A DNA stretch of 64,000 nucleotides from Octopus vulgaris (taxonomy: Eukaryota). Shown here one piece after another: positions 51,288 to 63,666 of this stretch. The stretch lies in contig OX597815.1 of NCBI GenBank assembly GCA_951406725.2, positions 128,526,001 to 128,590,000 of the forward strand, written 5' to 3'. The notes beneath the pieces were generated by a model. That model did not search any database, was not told the DNA's origin, and worked only from the letters and a program-made list of their open reading frames with translations. The stretch's first letter is position 1, and each line of letters begins with the position of its first letter. Both the position numbers and the translations under genes were made by a program.

Positions 51288-52387
51288 ACACACAAACATA
51301 TATTTATATAAAAGCTATTGTAAATTAACCACTGCGTTGAAAATGACCCTTAATAAATCCCTAGGTGGCATAAAGGCTTAAAATGTTTCTAATCTAATAT
51401 CTAAGCCTGATATTTGGGTGATCTTAGACAAGTACTATTATATTTTTAACACAGGATTCTAATGAAAAATTTTCAACATATTTAATGTGATATAATGAAC
51501 AAATAGGATAATACTTTATCCACTGAGGCTGGGTTTTCTTCTCCATGTAAGCATATTTCTTGAAATCTTCATTATTATGAAGTCATTGTTTTGTCAGTTT
51601 GTAACTCTTAACTTTCTGTATGACACAATACCCAACATGACTGCATCTGTCAGCCAATTCTGAAACACATGATATCACAAGAATCATATTAACCTCACAT
51701 TCATTTTGAAGGAAATGGAGAACTCTCTAATATAAATAAGAAAACTTCCTCTATTTGTCATTCTGTTCTGTAACAGAATCATTACAAGATTGAGCTTTTG
51801 AATTAGATCAACTTTCAACAAGATGTTACAAGTTAGTGTTTGTGGATGAATGGATAGGAACTTCCAACTGTTAGCTTTTAGAGTTTAGTTCCTCTCTGGT
51901 GCTAGCATGGTCTTGATTTCAGTCCTGTAGTGTATGGGTATCACTCAACAGAATGTATAAGAAATTAAGTGGTTTCATTAAGTTTATTTTCATATGTAGA
52001 ATTTTATTCAATGTCCTTTTAGCACTGTATGGCTATATGCATCATTAGTTTAATTATTAGTAAAATAATAAATTGCTACTTTTGTTATTGTAGTTATTCG
52101 CTACATGTTTTCTGTCGTCTGAGAAATAATCTATTGCTAACAGTTTCATCAGTGAAGATGTAGTCTTTGGATTTTTCATGTCACAATCCTAGCAATTCAT
52201 TGTTAAATCCTGTGCTTCTTTTAATTACTATTAGACTTCAAAGAGTGAAAAAACAAAAACCCAGCTTTTTTTTTTGTTTTGTTTTTTGATATATACTAGA
52301 ATATGAAAACTCAGAGTATTATGTGTCAGCTATCTCCATCTCATAATCTACATAATTTACTTATCCTAATATTCTACTCTTTAATCT

Positions 52388-52752
52388 TTATTACCTCTGC
52401 CTTAGTGAAGGCAGAGGTATTGTTTTCAGTTGTGTTTGTTTGTCCTGGACAAGATATCTCAAGAACTGCTGCATGGATTCAGATGAAACTTTCAAAAATG
52501 TTTGACCTTGTGATATGCATGAACTGATTAGATTTTTGCATCAATCTGGTACTGGATGAGGATTCTGGATTATTTTTCTGTTTTTTTTACTTAATTTTTG
52601 AGAGTGGTCAGGTTCATTTTTAGTATAATCATTTGTGAGAGCAGTTGATTTTATTTCAGATATTCTTATTTTAAAAAATCATCTCTGGCTAATTGTTGAG
52701 AGGACGTTGATGTTCCTTGGTGGAGGTTTGCACTCTCTGAGTGCTCTTGTTT
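52388..52752 (+). mobile_element. Helentron-associated non-autonomous element (HINE / DINE-1-like)
   Basis: 5' ttattACCTCTGCC with nearby inverted GGCAGAGGT; tgtttgtttgt tract; ggattcagatgaaacttt; 3' subterminal IR ccttGGTGGAGGT; terminal hairpin gcactc-tct-gagtgc; T-rich flanks. Confidence 0.75.
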
Positions 52753-52966
52753 TTCTTAGAAATGGATCAAACCATTTCAATGAATAATGGCTGCATTTGA
52801 AGTTAGAACTGTAAATCACCTAACTCCTTATTAATTTATCCAGTTATTGTTGTTGTTTAGTCCCTGATCAGTTTTGATTGAGCAGTTCTATGATCAAAGA
52901 CTTTCTTGTTTTTACAAAACATGGCATATACAGGATTACATTGACTAGTTTTATTCTTTTTCTTAA

Positions 52967-53288
52967 CCCCTCCCCTGGCAACTTCTTTTGCAGAAAACGT
53001 TTCATTTTCAGATGAATATTTTTTATCAGATGAGCTGGCACTCTCATCTGATGTATCCAAGCTTCTAATACAAGGTTCATATTCACTGTCATCTTCTGAG
53101 CTTAACATCTGGGTGCAATTTGTGGGGGTGGGGGGAAACAGGTAAAAACTGAGAAATGCTGAGAACTGATATATAAACTCATCTGTGGCTGTTTTTGAAA
53201 TTATATGTTTTGGATGAGTTTAATCGTCACCCTCTGAAAAAGACAAATTGGATGAAGACAAGTTAACTTGTCTTTGCCAGGTAAGGGG
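52967..53288 (-). mobile_element. Internally deleted piggyBac element inserted into a family C SINE
   Basis: TTAA TSDs at 52963-52966 and 53289-53292; TIRs CCCCTCCCCTGGCAA / CCCCTTACCTGGCAA; subterminal palindrome aagacaagttaacttgtctt; acidic MLSSEDDSEYEP...DESASSSD segment like a piggyBac transposase N-terminus. Confidence 0.75.
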
Positions 53289-56109
53289 TTAAGGTGGTCA
53301 GGTATGACTTGAAGATTATTTGCCTTCAGATTAAATAGCCATTTAAAGGATCTCACTTGTTCATAATTTGTCCAGTTTTATGCTAAATCATTCTTTCCTT
53401 TGAAATGTTACGCCAAGAATTTGATTAGAAAAATGTGAAGGTATCAAACACCTCAATATAAACTGCATTCTTTTTACATCTAAAGTCAATAATATTTTAT
53501 ACAGCTGTAGGTACCTAGTTGATGTTTGTATAATGGCTGCAGATAGCTGAGTCATTAAGGTGCAGGTTAATTAGATAATGGTTCTTTTTTTTTCTTAGTG
53601 GAGCAGTGCAGTCTCTAGTAAAGAGATTTAACTCTAACTGATATAGCTGTATTTGTTCTATATAAATACTACAGGGATGAACATCTCTTAGTCAACTACT
53701 TGCACTGTAAGGTCACTGTATAACAATTAAATGTTTCATCAAATCACAAAGTTTATGATTATGAGTACCATTATAGGTGACTGTAGAAACAATATGGATG
53801 AATGCATATAATACTGGAATACCAACTCAAAAATCTTTCAAATTGCCTGCAGGTGTTTTATTGTGTATATGAGATTTGCACTTAATTCTACATGCTTCAG
53901 GTCACTTAGATGCTGAAGATATAGGTATTATCTCGTCATATAAAAAGTATTACTCACAGTAGTTTGGCATGCTATCTAGAATGAGGTTTCGATCTCATAC
54001 ACATAATGCTGAGACAAAAGGAAAGCACTGTCTCTTAGGAATGGTTCTGTACATCTTAGGAAACATTTGCATTGTTTTTATTACTTAGAATAGAGGCTGC
54101 TAGGTTGAGAAGGTTATCTCCTGCTTACACTGTCTTTTTATTTCCTTATTTGAAAAAATAAAAATAATAAAAAATAACAATTACTACATGACGCCTGACT
54201 TCATTTAAATGAAGGCTTGGAAGGATTTCGTAGATGTTATTGATAAGAATGTTGCTAGAAATCAACAGTGATGTAGTAGTGTTGATAACACATAACAGTA
54301 GACTTTTAAGGAACCATGTCTACAACTTAGTTTTTTATATGGTTTGTCACTAATGTCTTTAAAAGTGAAATGAGCATTGCTGCTTCCAGTTTCTTTTCTC
54401 TAAAAAATCTTAATCTTCATAGTTTATCTGGAAAAGGCACCAAGAGGATACTACTTGACTGAACCTTCTTCAAGAGATGAGAACATCATAGTAAGATTTA
54501 TACAAAATCACAGATATGCTACTGAGAGACTGAATGATATTGCATAATTATCTTCTTGGCTTACAGTTGTGGTGTTCAGGGAATTTTGATATATGAATGT
54601 AATTACTGAGCTATTGCTTATTCTTATCATTTATGTTATCAAAGTCTGAAAGATTAATTGAATGCCTAAGAAATTGTGAAACAAGGTATTGTATGTAGGC
54701 TAGAAAGAATAATTTTGTCGTAGAAAACCTGTGATGCCTTGTAGAGATATCAGATTTAAAGAAATAAAAATAATTACTATACTGTTTTGTTACTTTTGAC
54801 AGTTTCTGAAATTTTCTGTTATAATTTTGGAAATTTTTTGTTATGATCTTAGAAAATTTGTCACTTGTCTATTGGCATAATAGTCACACTTTTTTTTAAA
54901 AAAACAGTATCTCAAGAAAATCACCTCAGGTCGTATATGTGAAGTTGAGCCTTTATTCCATGCTTTAATGCACTAAAAGCATTTTTCCTGAATATGCACT
55001 GCTCTAATTGGTGTGCATCTATTAGACCCATGCATCTTCTATGCCGTCAAATAGGGTACTTGTTATTATGGAGTTGGTATAAGCAATCCTATTGTGAAAC
55101 TTTTTTTTTAATAGTTAAATGTTCTTAGCTCTTCTTTGACCAAAAGAAGATAAAATGATTGGTATGTCATTTAAGAACTAATAATTTAAATTGTGTAATG
55201 AAGACAAGAAAATATTTTGGTGCTGTTAGCTGTTGAAAATTGAAAGGGTGTGCACGGTTAAATAATTTAATAAATGGTCAATATAACTATAAAAGTGCAA
55301 CAGTTTGTATGTCTGCATGCATACATGTGTGTGCATGCATGTCATACAAAGTGCTAGTCTGCAAAAGCGAGAAAATGTAAGAGAATTTTGTATCGTAATG
55401 TTATCAAATTGCCTTCATAATTGAATTGATAATTGGTACAGACGATTTAGAGAGACAGTGATTGCTTACTAATTAAGAATGGAGTTTATATTGTGAGTCT
55501 CCACAGTTTGATAATAAAGCATTAAAACAGAATGCTAATGATGTTAGTGTAATTCCAGACTAGCTTATTACTCTTGTTGGCTCAGATCCAACAGCTTCTT
55601 GTTTCTACATTTCATTCACTGTACTCTTTATCTTGCAGCATTACTGAGATGAGTGGCTCACACAATACTGTCGGAGATAGTATTTCAGGAAATTACAAAG
55701 ATATAGCTCTAAACTCAATGTCATCTTGGGAATGCCTTCACTCATACAGCTCCCTTTAAGTAATATCCGCATCCACTTTGGGAACTTAAGTGCTGTAGAA
55801 ATATAGAGTTCAAAAACTAGTGTTATATTATGTAAATTGTGTCCATAACATGTTAGAGGGTGGTGTGGGGAGTATTGAATTGTTTCATCTTCATGGAATA
55901 ATGTGTCAAATACAAGTCAACATGACTGTTAAATCCACTTCATGTTCTTATAACTTATAACCGGAATTACTATAATGGGACATAAGTGAAACATTAAATA
56001 GCTACAATTGGGAATTGAAATCAAGTTACTGAGTCAGCTGTCAAAGAGCTTACCACCTGTGAATAGCATTTATTTTATGGTTAGTCCACATTACTCTGTA
56101 AGGACCATT

Positions 56110-56322
56110 GGGCCAGATTCCTGGTTTCTCTGGCATATATATATATTCCTTCATGGATAGGATACTGGTCCATTGCAGGAATACTCATTTTTACCAACTG
56201 AGTGGACTAGAGCAACATAAAATTATTTTGCTCAAGAACACTATGTTTCACCCAGTCCAAGAATCAAAACCACAATCTTAGGATCCTGAGTCCAACACCC
56301 TAGCCTCTAAACCATGCACCTC
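56110..56322 (-). mobile_element. SINE family D
   Basis: actcatttttaccaactgagtggactagagcaacat...tgctcaagaacac...tccaacaccctagcctctaaaccatgcacc. Confidence 0.7.
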
Positions 56323-56719
56323 TGCTATTCATTTTATAAACTTGGGAAATTAAGAATCAATTTCCCTTTAGCTAATGATATTAGGGAATGTAACAATGTG
56401 GAACCTCCAAATTGTCCCCTCAAGACAGAATCAATCCTCCAGTCATATATTTATTAGGCTGTAAAGATGACTGGAGATTGCCCTCTTGCATTGATTTTGA
56501 CAATAGGGGTAGGAAAGGAAGGGCAGAATTAATTGTACTTACCAGAATGTTTTGCATTTGATTTGTGAGCATTTAGTCCTTCATTAGTTCAGTCATTGAA
56601 TCAAATCTTATAGTCATTGTGTACTGTTGTACTCAAGTCATATTATACCAAAATATTTTTTTCTTTAGTTTGCTCTGGAAGATGGGGATGTGTTCATGGC
56701 CTTCATAGACCCTCCAAAA

Positions 56720-58060
56720 TAAATGTGATTGATATGACTAAATTTCCCCTTGAACATTTGCAAATCAACAGTTTCAGAGAAAATGTTTGAGGCAAGAATT
56801 GCAGTGGGACAACATTCTAGAAAGGAAACACTTTGTATTGTAGTGAGTTCAGAATTTGGAATGGTTGGTACTGAATGGATAAATGGAGGGATAAATGATA
56901 TGGTAGTATCTGAGTGTAGTGGGCATGAGGCCAACTAGCTCTGTAGAGTAGAAACCACTGTGGTAGTAGTGGTGGTGGTGGTGGCGACGACGACAACAGC
57001 AATAACAACAACATGTTTGTATATCTGAGATTGGAATGTTGGTTATGACTTCATGCTAATCAGTTGAGTGACCTTTTTTTTTTTTTTTTTTTATGAAATG
57101 TAGGATTTCTATATTTATATGTGTATAACAGCAATGTTCTATCGTGGGTCTTATCTGAGCTTTGTAGAGAATTAAAAGTCATTGGGGTCTGAAGTATTTT
57201 CTGGCTCTGAAGAAGGAGGCCAGTCTTTGTGGTGCAATTTCAACTACACTGAGGATGTGCATTTCCCAGATTGTGGTGATGGTTTGCATTTGCAATGATC
57301 TTGAGTATCTTAGTAACTGTTTACATTTAGAGGGTGTGTGCAGTAATGTTTTCTTCTTGAAGGTGTGAAGATTGGCATGACCCTATTGGAAAATGTTTTC
57401 AAAGTCTCTTCATAGAGTAAAAATTTGGGTATGTAGTATTAAGGTTGCATGTGAATGGTACTTAGGTGCAGAAGGACAGGGGAGAATGAAGGGAAGGATG
57501 GTATCTGTGTAGTAATAGATGTGTTTGAGTTCTTTTAATAGAGAGTTGGGCCTGATTGTTGATTAGTATTTAACAGCTGTGGTATTATAACTGTACTAAG
57601 GTAGCAAAATAATTTGCTCTATAAATTGGGGCTAGAATGAATAGTTTGACGAAAATTATACTGTCTCTATTTTATTTATTAGAAATTAATTTTTATAGTG
57701 AGAAAGCTCAAATGATTTAAAGGGATGAAAAGACCCTATTGAACTTATATATATTGTTTATTTGTTTATATATGATTTATTTATAATTAGTTTTGGTTGG
57801 GGTGATCAAGGAATAAAAATTCTAGGTTAAAAATAACTTCCTTAAATTATTTGATGTATAAGAGAAGTAGTGGCATGTGACAAAACTAATCACAGGGCAC
57901 ACCAAAGTTGATTGTGTTGGTGAAAGAGCTCCTGTAGCAAGTACTCTGATGATGTGATCTACCAGCTAGCCTCCATCCAGACTGAGTGATGGCTGGAGTC
58001 CAGAGGTGGGCAGTTTTGCCAGGAAATTTGCATACTAGACACAGTAACATAAAAGCCTTG
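56720..58060 (-). mobile_element. Old CR1-type LINE ORF2 (RT to C-terminus), split by a NUMT
   Basis: Minus-strand pieces in order: INFGVP...PLLLLYI | NUMT | IYYYTDT ... DFENIFQ*GHANL ... WEMHILSVVEIAPQRLASFFRARKYFRPQ*LLILYKAQIRPTIEHC ... HYYH..YSTEL ... VDLQMFK. Confidence 0.75.
57531..57850 (+). pseudogene. rrnL: NUMT: nuclear copy of part of mitochondrial 16S rRNA (3' half), octopod-like
   Basis: Conserved mt-16S blocks appear in the right order: gagttgggcctg, aacagctgYggtattataactgtactaaggtagc, gctagaatgaat.gtttgacgaa, ctgtctct, gggaYgaaaagaccctattga, ttttggttggggtgatcaagg, ataacttcctt. Fragmentary and embedded in nuclear repeats. Confidence 0.92.
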
Positions 58061-59287
58061 TTGAAATTATTAAAGAATTAGTCATTAAGTGAATGTTCTT
58101 TCCTCATCACATAATTCCTAATTAGATTTTGAGGACTTACTATATGAAATATGTTAACACTAATTCAATATATTATACTCAGTTTGCCTCAGTGAACTTG
58201 ACTGACAAATAGATTCAAACTATTTCTTCATGATTAAAAGATTGATATTAGGAAGGGCATCAAGTTGTGGAGGGTAAAAATAATAATAATAGTAATTGCT
58301 TTTTCTAGTCTATAAAAATGCTATTCCATTTATACATGGAATAATATCAGAATGAATGTAACACTCACATATTATAAAAACTCATTCCACCTGTAGACAT
58401 AAAGTAGTTTTAAAAAAAGAGGAAGTCTACATGGAATGTAATTACTCTATATCAATGGTACATTTCCTTAACTAAATTATATTAAATTTTTGTTTTTATT
58501 ATTCAGGCATAATAGTTATTTTTCAAAATCAAATAACACCTTCAGCTTCTATATATTATAGATGAGAAATAGAAAACTTTTTCACATAATAAAAATATAA
58601 TTCTCGAGAAGAAATGTTTACATCTCTATTTTTCACATCCATTCTCTCCTTGTGTTATTTTTGAAGTTTAAATCTTGGCACTCTTCATTTACATATTTTA
58701 GTTCTCCATTTTATATATATATTGTATTTCAGAGTTAATATAAATGTTTTCTAAGTATTTCAATTTTTTTTTTTTTATAGTATTTGAAATGGAATCTTCA
58801 ATTTTTCTTATTGTATGTAGTATTTCTTGACAGATGTATTAAAAAAAAAAACACATTTTTTTAGTTGATAACAAAGGCTATTGTATCTTTCAAATAATGT
58901 TACTTTAAAATTATGTCACCAAGTCAATTTGTTTATTGTCATTGTATGAAAAAAAAAATGGCTGCTGTTATATAGTCAAAGTCAGCAGCAGCTGCCCAAT
59001 GAAAGTTTTTATCATTTTGTTCATGACAGCTCAACGCCTGTCACAACATTCATGGTTCTTTCTTATAAGCTGAGGCCAACATCTCATTCATTTGACCATT
59101 TCATTTTTGAATTTTTTTATTGAGATATTGCTTGCTACAGTCAGTCACACATAACAACTGAGCCTAGAGGCACACCCCACAAAAATAAAATTGAGTTAAT
59201 TGAGAAGAAATTAGCCTTTTCCAGATTCTTTCAAGAACTTTGAATTGAATTCAAGACTGCAGGCAATTTATTCCAGTGGCAAATAAA

Positions 59288-59387
59288 GTCAGGCATGGCT
59301 TTGTAGTTAAGAAGTTCACTTTGCACTGTGTAATTCTGGGTTTAGTCCCAATGCACTGCACCCTGGGCAAGTGTATTCTGCTCTAGC

Positions 59388-59426
<39 letters not shown>

Positions 59427-59470
59427 GATAGATATAGATATATATATATATAGATAGATATAGATATATA
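59288..59470 (+). mobile_element. SINE family B head followed by (CT)n and (TA/TAGA)n
   Basis: caggcatggctttgtagttaagaagttcac...gggtttagtccca...ccctgggcaagtgt. Confidence 0.65.
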
Positions 59471-59805
59471 CTGAGATTGATTTGTATGACTAACCCTACA
59501 AAGTGTGTGTATGTGTGTGTGAAGCCTTGTATGAAGAAAACCTCAAGATTATTGTTTTTATATTATGGAATCAGAGTAGTTGACTCAACCTGAAGTTTGT
59601 TACTGGACTGAGTGCATTTTTTTATTTATTTATTTTTTTTATACAGTAACTAAATACACATCACAAGAAGGTTCAGTTTTGGGTGCGAGAGTATTTTTGA
59701 TGGGGTCATTTTAGCCAGTGATATCCCAGTCCCAAATACTGCAATATTAGCCAATAGCGATAATTAATGTCAAGTGAAATCTCTGTTACTAGTAGCCTTT
59801 GCAAT

Positions 59806-59859
<54 letters not shown>

Positions 59860-60444
59860 TGATTCTAAAGTCATCATGACATTACATAGGTCTTGGAACT
59901 ATATGCCAGTTATTGATTGGACGGCTGCTCTGCCAGTAAGCTGGTTCTTTACTATTGGTATAGGTATTAAGTTATTGACTAACAGTCACAGCAAGGGAAA
60001 CATTTAGTTCTTGGTAAACCAAGTATGTGACCTGGTTTCAATCTGTAGCTGAAATCAGTTTCACCTCATGATACTTTGCTGATTCTTCTCCTTGAAAGGT
60101 ATGAATATTATATACAGGATTTCTGTTTTTCTTTTCCGTGTTAATTCTAAAGCTTCACATTTAATTAATTGATGACAATATCCTTACTCTATTGCATTTA
60201 TTTAATTTTGCTATTTGAGAGCTGTACATAGTAAAGGGAAAAAAGAAATGTATAGTTGGCTTTTGCAAGATTTTAACAAAGTATTGTGAAACATTGAGAA
60301 AAAAATGCAGAAAAACTCCTGTTGCAATTGAGGCCTCTGTAGTCTTCAGCAGACATAGAACACCCTTTTGACTCTTGCACTCTTGACCCAGCATAACACA
60401 GAGAATGTTATAGTTGACAGGAGAGAGGGCTGCTGCACCAGCAC

Positions 60445-60590
60445 TCAGCTGCTACTCATTTTCAGCTGAATAGACTAGAGCAGTGTAAAATGGAGCATCT
60501 TACTCAAGGACTCAACTCACTCTCTGCTCCAAGAATCAAACTCAGAGCCTTATGATGGAGAACTCAATACTCCAACTACTAGGTCATGCA
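60445..60590 (-). mobile_element. SINE family D (decayed)
   Basis: actcattttcagctgaatagactagagcagtgtaaaatg...tactcaagga...ccaactactaggtcatgc. Confidence 0.55.
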
Positions 60591-61174
60591 TCTTTATAAG
60601 GCACTGAAAAAGAAGCTGTAAATCATTCTATCTAAAACCATTTTTTACTCATCTATATATATAGATGCACTTCTTATTGTTATTTCTCCTCCATTTTCTT
60701 ATCTATTATGTTAAACTGTTCTACGCCCAAATTTGGCTTTTTCAATATTTATTTTTGCTTGCAGTAGCCAGTTCTTTTGGTCAAACTATCTCCAGCTGCT
60801 TTAGATGCCAAGATTTCAAAAATTGTCAAAGTGTAGTACAATGGTTTTTGCTATGGAATGGTAAAACTATTTTTTCGTTTTCTGGAAAAGCAACGTTTTG
60901 GATTTACAACACTTTTGCATAATAGCAACAATATATTAACCAGAAGATGGATTTGATATTAGCCTTTATTCTCTATGAAAATTGTTTCAATCCATTTTGC
61001 CGTCTGGATCACATCAGATACTTCCACACATAAAGTGGTGTCTTGCTAAAGATCTTGAGTTTAGACAGTCATGTTGTTCTTTGCCTGTTAAGTTGGGGAA
61101 CAATAATGGGATGGGTCGAAACGATCATTGTACAGAATAAAGACTAATGCCAAATCTATCTTCTAGTTTATGGT

Positions 61175-61500
61175 AAAAGGTAAAGACTCTCTTTAGTCAT
61201 GAATGACCGTAGGATTGCACCCAGAAAGTTCACCTCTGAGGTACAAGTCCAAGCAAAGTTCTTTGTGAAGATTAGCAGTCACTGATGCATATCAGACTCT
61301 CTTCTCCATGTCACCAAAGGAAAGGCAAAAGCCAATACAGCTTGGCACCAATGATGCTGCAACTCATTTCAACAGCTGAGTGATCTGGAGCAACATGAAA
61401 TAAAGTGTCTTGCTCAAGAACACAACACAGCTTGGTCTAGTAATCAAACTGATTACCTCATGATTGTGAGCCCAACACTCAAACAATTGAGTCATGTGCC
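61175..61500 (-). mobile_element. SINE family D variant with a longer 3' part
   Basis: aactcatttcaacagctgagtgatctggagcaacatgaaataaagtgtcttgctcaagaacacaac...gagcccaacactc; distal end ggtaaaaggtaaag. Confidence 0.65.
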
Positions 61501-61752
61501 AAACTTTCAATTTTTAGTTACATTCCTTTCTGTTTTGAGCTAAAATATCAAAAAGTTGACTTTATCTTGCATCTCTCTTAAGTTGATAAACAGGACATGA
61601 TGTAGTGAGGGTGATAGGGATGCAGTTTAATGCTTGACATCCATACTGTTCCTCTTTTTAATTTTATACTGTAACAGAGTGCACTAGTTTAATGGATTTG
61701 ACTTGCATCATCTTACTAGACTGACAGCTGGTTCCACGTCTTTAATTCTTAA

Positions 61753-61973
61753 CCATTTGTTAGTAGATTTCTGTTAAAATACACCTCCTTTGCTTCAATT
61801 GATTTTAAAAATAATGAAAAATTTAGTAAAATAACATGATTATTTTTAAGCTAGTATTTGGAACATAAATTAACATGAAATTTTAATGAGATGTTTTTGT
61901 TTACATCTCTTTAAAAATGGGAAATTTGTATCATATGATCAGGGTTGTTTCAAGCAAGTTGGTATCAGAGAAG
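61753..61973 (+). mobile_element. piggyBac-type MITE family B
   Basis: TTAA at 61749-61752 and 61974-61977; family interior. Confidence 0.7.
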
Positions 61974-62451
61974 TTAATGGTAGGAAGAGTGTGTAAGAGC
62001 ATTAAAATGTTCTTTGTCAGTATACAATTATCTGGATTTGATCAAATGAACATTCTCACTCATGGTTGTGTACCAAAATATGTGTATGTATATATGTAAA
62101 AGGTGTTCAGACTAAATTTGACAGTTTGCATAAAAGGAAAAGAAAGCGCAGTATCCCATCCAAAAATAACTAGATTGTGGCTGGGAGATAAGTTTACTTG
62201 GAGTAACCATCATCAGCTTCCCACCACAGCCTCAAGACAACATCAAAATATGATACATATGTTCTTCACTGTATCCCTGGAATGATCTTCAAAAATCTCC
62301 TTGACTTTGGCCACCTGTTTGGCTTTGGTGTTTGCAGGCAGAGTGGTTGGTGTCTTTTTCAACTGTGCTCTATATTTAGTAACCCATGGGATTACAGCCA
62401 GAGGAATTAGGAGGCCAGAAATTGGGGATGATTCTGTCTCTTAAACCATTC

Positions 62452-62907
<456 letters not shown>

Positions 62908-63010
62908 ATTAATCAATATAGGGTGGCAAAAAAAATTTTGTAGAATTCTTTTGCCACCAGCGGCCTAGTAGGAAAAAATTAAATAGTCATAAACCATTTT
63001 TACGTTCAAC

Positions 63011-63244
63011 ATCACAATCAAGGAACGGCCATAATAGGCCATTCACCCACTAGAAATAACAGCCAAAAGCTTTAACCGCAAAATAACATTAATACCGTAA
63101 ACCAGGAGAAAATTGAAAAAACTTTTACCCTGTAAAAGGGTAAAAGTTTTTCAATTTTCTCTGGTTTACTATTAATGTTATTTTCGTTACTTTTGGCTTT
63201 ATTTCTAGTGGGTGAATGGCCTATTATGGCCGTTCCATTGTGAT
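63011..63244. repeat. Near-perfect palindrome (arms 121 and 108 nt, 5-nt loop)
   Basis: 63011-63131 against the reverse complement of 63137-63244: no substitutions, 8 gaps totalling 13 nt. Confidence 0.9.
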
Positions 63245-63363
63245 ATATATATATACATATATATATAATAAAGGGTGAAATTAATTAATTTGGAATAATT
63301 ATCAATTACACCAAGTAGATTTCGGCATGTAAAAGCCCCATTCGAGGAAAATTTAAGTAATAC

Positions 63364-63488
63364 TAAGTAATTAAGGGTTTAGCACATTGCCTCACCAACA
63401 CACCGAATTTAGAAATAGCAGTCAAAGAGATATGACTGCTATTTCTAAATTCGGTGTGTTGTGAGGCATTCGTAAACCTAATTACTTA
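63364..63488. repeat. Second palindrome (arms 61 and 56 nt, 8-nt loop)
   Basis: caacacaccgaatttagaaatagcagtca / tgactgctatttctaaattcggtgtgttg forms a perfect inner stem; the outer part has gaps. Confidence 0.9.
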
Positions 63489-63522
<34 letters not shown>

Positions 63523-63617
63523 ATATATACACACACACATATATACATATATATATATATATATATAACATATATATATACACACACACACATATATATA
63601 TATACACACATACATAC

Positions 63618-63665
<48 letters not shown>
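63489..63665. repeat. (TA)n/(CA)n microsatellite
   Basis: Directly visible. Confidence 0.9.

Positions 63666-63666
<1 letters not shown>

Noticed and set aside
54423-54547. Open frame YLEKAPRGYYLTEPSSRDENIIVRFIQNHRYATERLNDIA* after a possible acceptor
   Set aside because: It is short, has no recognisable homology and has weak splice context; it cannot be separated from chance without RNA data.
57531-57850. Functional rRNA gene
   Set aside because: It is only a ~320-bp fragment with changes at conserved positions, embedded in a nuclear LINE.
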